Assembly (NCBI GenBank): GCA_963827685.1
Contig: CAWHBU010000004.1
Coordinates: 192,001 to 256,000 of the forward strand
DNA: 64,000 nucleotides
From: an uncultured delta proteobacterium
GTDB taxonomy: Bacteria; Desulfobacterota; BSN033; UBA1163
Direction: 5' to 3'
Shown piece after piece: positions 60,675-64,000 of this stretch (position 1 is the stretch's first letter; each line of letters begins with the position of its first letter). The translations under genes were made by a program, and so were the position numbers. The notes beneath the pieces are model-generated. The model ran no database searches. It was not told the DNA's origin and saw nothing but the letters and a program-made list of their open reading frames with translations.

Positions 60675-61745
60675 ATGACGACTGAGAAGACCTCGTATAT
60701 TGGCTTCACCTGCGCCTACACGCCGTTGGCTCTGATCGACGCAGCTGGCTATGTGCCTTACCGGATCCTTCCCATGGGGGATTCGCCTGACCAGGCGGGA
60801 CAGATTCTTCACGACAACCTGTGCCCTCATGTCAAACGGGTTCTGGATCGGGCCATGGACAACGATTTGCCAGAGCTCGCCGGCGTTGTACTACTCAATA
60901 GCTGCGATGCGATGAGGCGCCTGGCCGATGCCTGGCAAAAGGTCAGACCGAATGATCGAGTCATTCTTATTGATCTGCCTATTACATCGGATGACTCCGC
61001 CGTCTCCTATTTCGGGCAGGAGATGTCCCGCTTGGCAGACACCCTGTTCCATTGGAAAGGACGACTTGTCTCTTCCGAGGCTATTGCCAAAAGCATCGAG
61101 AAGTTCAATCAATTGGCATCCCTTTTCAGGTCTCTCCGTCAATGCCTTTACAGTGGAAAGGTAAGCGGCGGGGCGGCTTACCTCCAGAATCTTTATAATG
61201 TGGCTGTGACTCGGCCCTTTCATGAGACCTATCGAATCCTGAAAGGTGTTTTGGAGGAAAGGAAAACCCCTTCCAGCAGTCATGATGGGGTCCCGATTTT
61301 TCTTTTCGGCAACGTATTGCCTGATCCCGAAGCCCTTGACCTATTCGAGTCATGCGGGGTTAGGATAGTAGACGAGGACCTATGTACCGGATCGAGAATA
61401 TTTGCTCCCATAGAAATAAAGATTGGGGAAGGATCGGAGGAAATCTTTACGCAACTGGCCCGCGGCCTTCTTGGACGATCTCGTTGCGCTCGGACACTCC
61501 TTCCTATGCAACCAGGTGTGATTGCAGAGGAGGTCCTGGCGCGGGCCACTGCATGCAAGGCCCAAGGCGTGATTGCCTGCACGGCGAAGTTTTGTGATCC
61601 GTATATCGCCCGGATCCCGGGGGTGCGGGAGGTCCTCCGAAAGGCGGGTCTGCCGATGCTGCAGATCGAGGGAGATTGCACGATGCGGTCTTTTGGTCAA
61701 CAACGAACCCGTATTCAAGCTTTTACGGAAATGTTAAGGGGGTGA
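60675..61745 (+). CDS. 2-hydroxyacyl-CoA dehydratase subunit (HgdB/BcrC family)
   Basis: IGFTCAYTP, NLCPHVK, NSCDAMRR, DLCTG, KFCDP, QQRTRIQAF. Confidence 0.88.
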   Translation: MTTEKTSYIGFTCAYTPLALIDAAGYVPYRILPMGDSPDQAGQILHDNLCPHVKRVLDRAMDNDLPELAGVVLLNSCDAMRRLADAWQKVRPNDRVILIDLPITSDDSAVSYFGQEMSRLADTLFHWKGRLVSSEAIAKSIEKFNQLASLFRSLRQCLYSGKVSGGAAYLQNLYNVAVTRPFHETYRILKGVLEERKTPSSSHDGVPIFLFGNVLPDPEALDLFESCGVRIVDEDLCTGSRIFAPIEIKIGEGSEEIFTQLARGLLGRSRCARTLLPMQPGVIAEEVLARATACKAQGVIACTAKFCDPYIARIPGVREVLRKAGLPMLQIEGDCTMRSFGQQRTRIQAFTEMLRG

Positions 61746-61748
61746 ACC

Positions 61749-62987
61749 ATGATGAAGCAGTTCTTTGATGATGCGGTGTCGAACACAGAGGCCAGGCTTC
61801 TCGACCATTACACCGGCAGGCTAAGATTCACACTGGAAATGTTCAGACTTTGCCAGAGGCTCTATTCCGGTACCCATCGCGTGGCATTGTGCGGTGTATG
61901 CGCCCCTTTCGATCTCTTAAATGCGATGGGAATCAACTCATGTTTCGTGGAGTTCCTGGGCGGGGTGCTTGCCGCGTCAGGAAGCGCTGGCCCGTTTCTG
62001 GAGGAGGCCGAGCACGTCGGCTTCCTGGCGGACAGTTGTGGCTGGCATCGGGCGGTGATCGGGGCAGCAGCCAAGGGGATGATGCCGGTACCCAATTTAA
62101 TGGTAGCCACCAGCAGCCCTTGCACCGGCGGGGTTGCGGCGGTCGAACACCTGGCTCGAACGTTTGATTGTCCTTTATACGTGTTGGCCATACCTCCTGA
62201 CGATTCTGAAAGAAGCGTTCGTTACTTGGCCGACCAATTGAGAAGTATGGTCGATTTCGTGGCTGCACATACAGGCGAAACACTGGATGAAGGTCGGCTG
62301 CGAGAGGCCATGAATAAGACGAACGAGGCTCGGGAGGCCGCAATCGAAGTGTTCCGTCTTGCCCAAAGGATTCCTTCTCCGGTCAGAGGGACAGATCTCA
62401 AGAACTTCGGGCTGGTGATGCCCCTGTTTTTTGGCACCGAGGCTGCTGTTGAGATTGCTCAGGCATATCGTGATGAATATGCTGCCCGCTTAGAACGAGG
62501 AATCGGTGGTGTGCCGGGCGAGCGTCTTCGGCTGATGTGGTTGCAGGAAGCCATCCAGTTCAAACATCCGCTGATCAAAATGCTGGAAGAGGGTTACCAG
62601 GCGGCCATCGTTGTTGACGAACTGAACGATGTCTATTGGGAACCCATCGATGTAGATGACCCCTATGTCGGGCTTGCGCGGCGGACAATATCATACCCCT
62701 TCAACGGACGGGTGGAGCGCAGACTAAAGCAGATCAAGAAGCTCGTGCAGGCATACAAGATAGACGGGGCGATCAATCCCTGCCATTGGGGGTGCCGCCA
62801 GGGCACGGGCTCCAGAGGCCTTGTGGGTGCAGCCCTGAAGGAACTTGGTGTTCCGGTGATCAACCTGGAGGTTGATTGTGCAGATTCACGAAACTTCGCC
62901 GAAGGACAGCTGAAAACCAGACTGGAGGCGTTTATGGAACTGCTGGGCAGCCGCCCCGGACGGCGATCCATGAATGAACGAGAATGA
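61749..62987 (+). CDS. 2-hydroxyacyl-CoA dehydratase subunit (HgdA/BcrB family)
   Basis: DSCGWH, SPC, CHWGCR, EGQLKTRLEAF. Confidence 0.88.
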   Translation: MMKQFFDDAVSNTEARLLDHYTGRLRFTLEMFRLCQRLYSGTHRVALCGVCAPFDLLNAMGINSCFVEFLGGVLAASGSAGPFLEEAEHVGFLADSCGWHRAVIGAAAKGMMPVPNLMVATSSPCTGGVAAVEHLARTFDCPLYVLAIPPDDSERSVRYLADQLRSMVDFVAAHTGETLDEGRLREAMNKTNEAREAAIEVFRLAQRIPSPVRGTDLKNFGLVMPLFFGTEAAVEIAQAYRDEYAARLERGIGGVPGERLRLMWLQEAIQFKHPLIKMLEEGYQAAIVVDELNDVYWEPIDVDDPYVGLARRTISYPFNGRVERRLKQIKKLVQAYKIDGAINPCHWGCRQGTGSRGLVGAALKELGVPVINLEVDCADSRNFAEGQLKTRLEAFMELLGSRPGRRSMNERE

Positions 62988-63778
62988 CCTTGTATTATCT
63001 GGGTGTCGATTTAGGAAGTCTTTCCTGTGATGCTGTGCTCCTGGACCATGACGGGACGATACTGGCTGCGTCAGTGGTCCCGACCGGCGCGCGTAATCGT
63101 GAAGCCATTGCCCGCGCCACGCAAGAGGTGCTGGACATCGCGCGGATTTCCGAGAACGAAATCAAGGCTATCGTATCCACGGGGTACGGTCGAGACCGAG
63201 TGGAAGGGCGATTGGCCGCTGTGACTGAAATTACCTGTCATGCGCGAGGAGCAGAAGCTCTCCTTCCGGGAACGCAGGTACTGATAGATATTGGTGGCCA
63301 GGACAGCAAAGCGATCCGACTGGACGGCGAAGGGAGGGTCCTGGACTTTGCCATGAACGACAAATGCGCGGCCGGAACCGGGCGATTCCTGGAAGCCATG
63401 GCCAGAGCCCTGCAAGTGGACATCGAGGAACTCTGCGAACTCGACCGCGGTGCTTCGGAAAACCTTACGCTGAGCAGCATGTGCACGGTATTTGCCGAAA
63501 GCGAGGTGGTTTCCCTCATCGCTGAAGGGGTCGAGGTCAAAGAGATCGTTGCCGGCCTGAACCGGGCTATCGCTTCCCGTATCGCGGCACTGGTCAAGCG
63601 AGTCGCGCCAGATGTTGCAGGACTCAAGGTTGCTATGTCAGGCGGAGTCGCGCGCAACCATGGCGTCGTCCGGGCGCTAAGCTCCGCACTGAACACCAAG
63701 GTTTCCGTTCCGCAGCAGCCGGATACGGTCGGGGCATTAGGAGCCGCGCTTGTCGCTCGAGAGCGGATGCTGCTCTAA
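62984..63778 (+). CDS. CoA-substrate-specific enzyme activase (HgdC/BadFG ASKHA ATPase)
   Basis: GVDLGS, TGYGR, EITCHA, DIGGQDSK, MNDKCAAGTGRFLE, CTVFAESE. Confidence 0.93.
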   Translation: MTLYYLGVDLGSLSCDAVLLDHDGTILAASVVPTGARNREAIARATQEVLDIARISENEIKAIVSTGYGRDRVEGRLAAVTEITCHARGAEALLPGTQVLIDIGGQDSKAIRLDGEGRVLDFAMNDKCAAGTGRFLEAMARALQVDIEELCELDRGASENLTLSSMCTVFAESEVVSLIAEGVEVKEIVAGLNRAIASRIAALVKRVAPDVAGLKVAMSGGVARNHGVVRALSSALNTKVSVPQQPDTVGALGAALVARERMLL

Positions 63779-63806
63779 TTATATCTAAAGAATATGGAGG
63801 TGCATT

Positions 63807-64000
63807 ATGGAAATCGGCAAACATTGGAACACGATTCGAATGGTATTCAAGGAATCCCTTGACAGTTTCATGCATTACGCAATAGCAACGGTGAACGAAG
63901 ACGGCTCTCCGCATGTAACGCCTATTGCGTCACTTTTTCTCCGTGAGAATAAAACAGGTTTTTACTTTGATGAGTTCCCGGTCCATATGTCAAGAAATAT
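63807..64000 (+). CDS. pyridoxamine 5'-phosphate oxidase-like FMN-binding protein (runs off the window)
   Basis: MEIGKHW...YAIATVNEDGSPHVTPIASL; GGAGG RBS. Confidence 0.75.
   Translation, partial: MEIGKHWNTIRMVFKESLDSFMHYAIATVNEDGSPHVTPIASLFLRENKTGFYFDEFPVHMSRN

Noticed and set aside
60675-63778. Class I benzoyl-CoA reductase (bcrCBAD)
   Set aside because: Only one activase-type subunit is present and no ring-degradation genes are adjacent; kept as a generic 2-hydroxyacyl-CoA dehydratase family call

Overview
Bacterial chromosomal window. Gene content suggests an anaerobic, Desulfobacterota/Deltaproteobacteria-like organism (inference only). It is dominated by CoA-dependent catabolism: four thiolases, several 3-hydroxyacyl-CoA dehydrogenases and enoyl-CoA hydratases, two acyl-CoA dehydrogenases, two AbfD/HpaB-family proteins, a 2-hydroxyacyl-CoA dehydratase plus activator, IorAB, and two Liv-type ABC importers. 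A core block carries tRNA-His/Arg/Lys/Leu, tig-clpP-clpX and tRNA-Val/Asp. The left ~12.2 kb looks like island DNA, marked by two orphan tRNA 3' halves (Leu-TAA at 10149-10207 and Arg-TCT at 12206-12252) that read as att junctions. The most striking feature lies in the ~2 kb between them. Next to a small ribbon-helix-helix gene is a co-oriented mosaic of at least nine short fragments of different phage terminase small-subunit (terS) alleles. All cover the same codons, and each carries its own direct repeat spaced 10 bp across an A-tract. This is best read as a collected array of phage packaging (pac-like) sites. Other features are an IS200 inserted cleanly into an ATC-hydrolase-like gene, a dehydratase cassette flanked by a duplicated gene start, nested miniature palindromic repeats, several gene remnants, and four single-base frameshifts that may be assembly errors. 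No CRISPR array, rRNA or integrase was seen.
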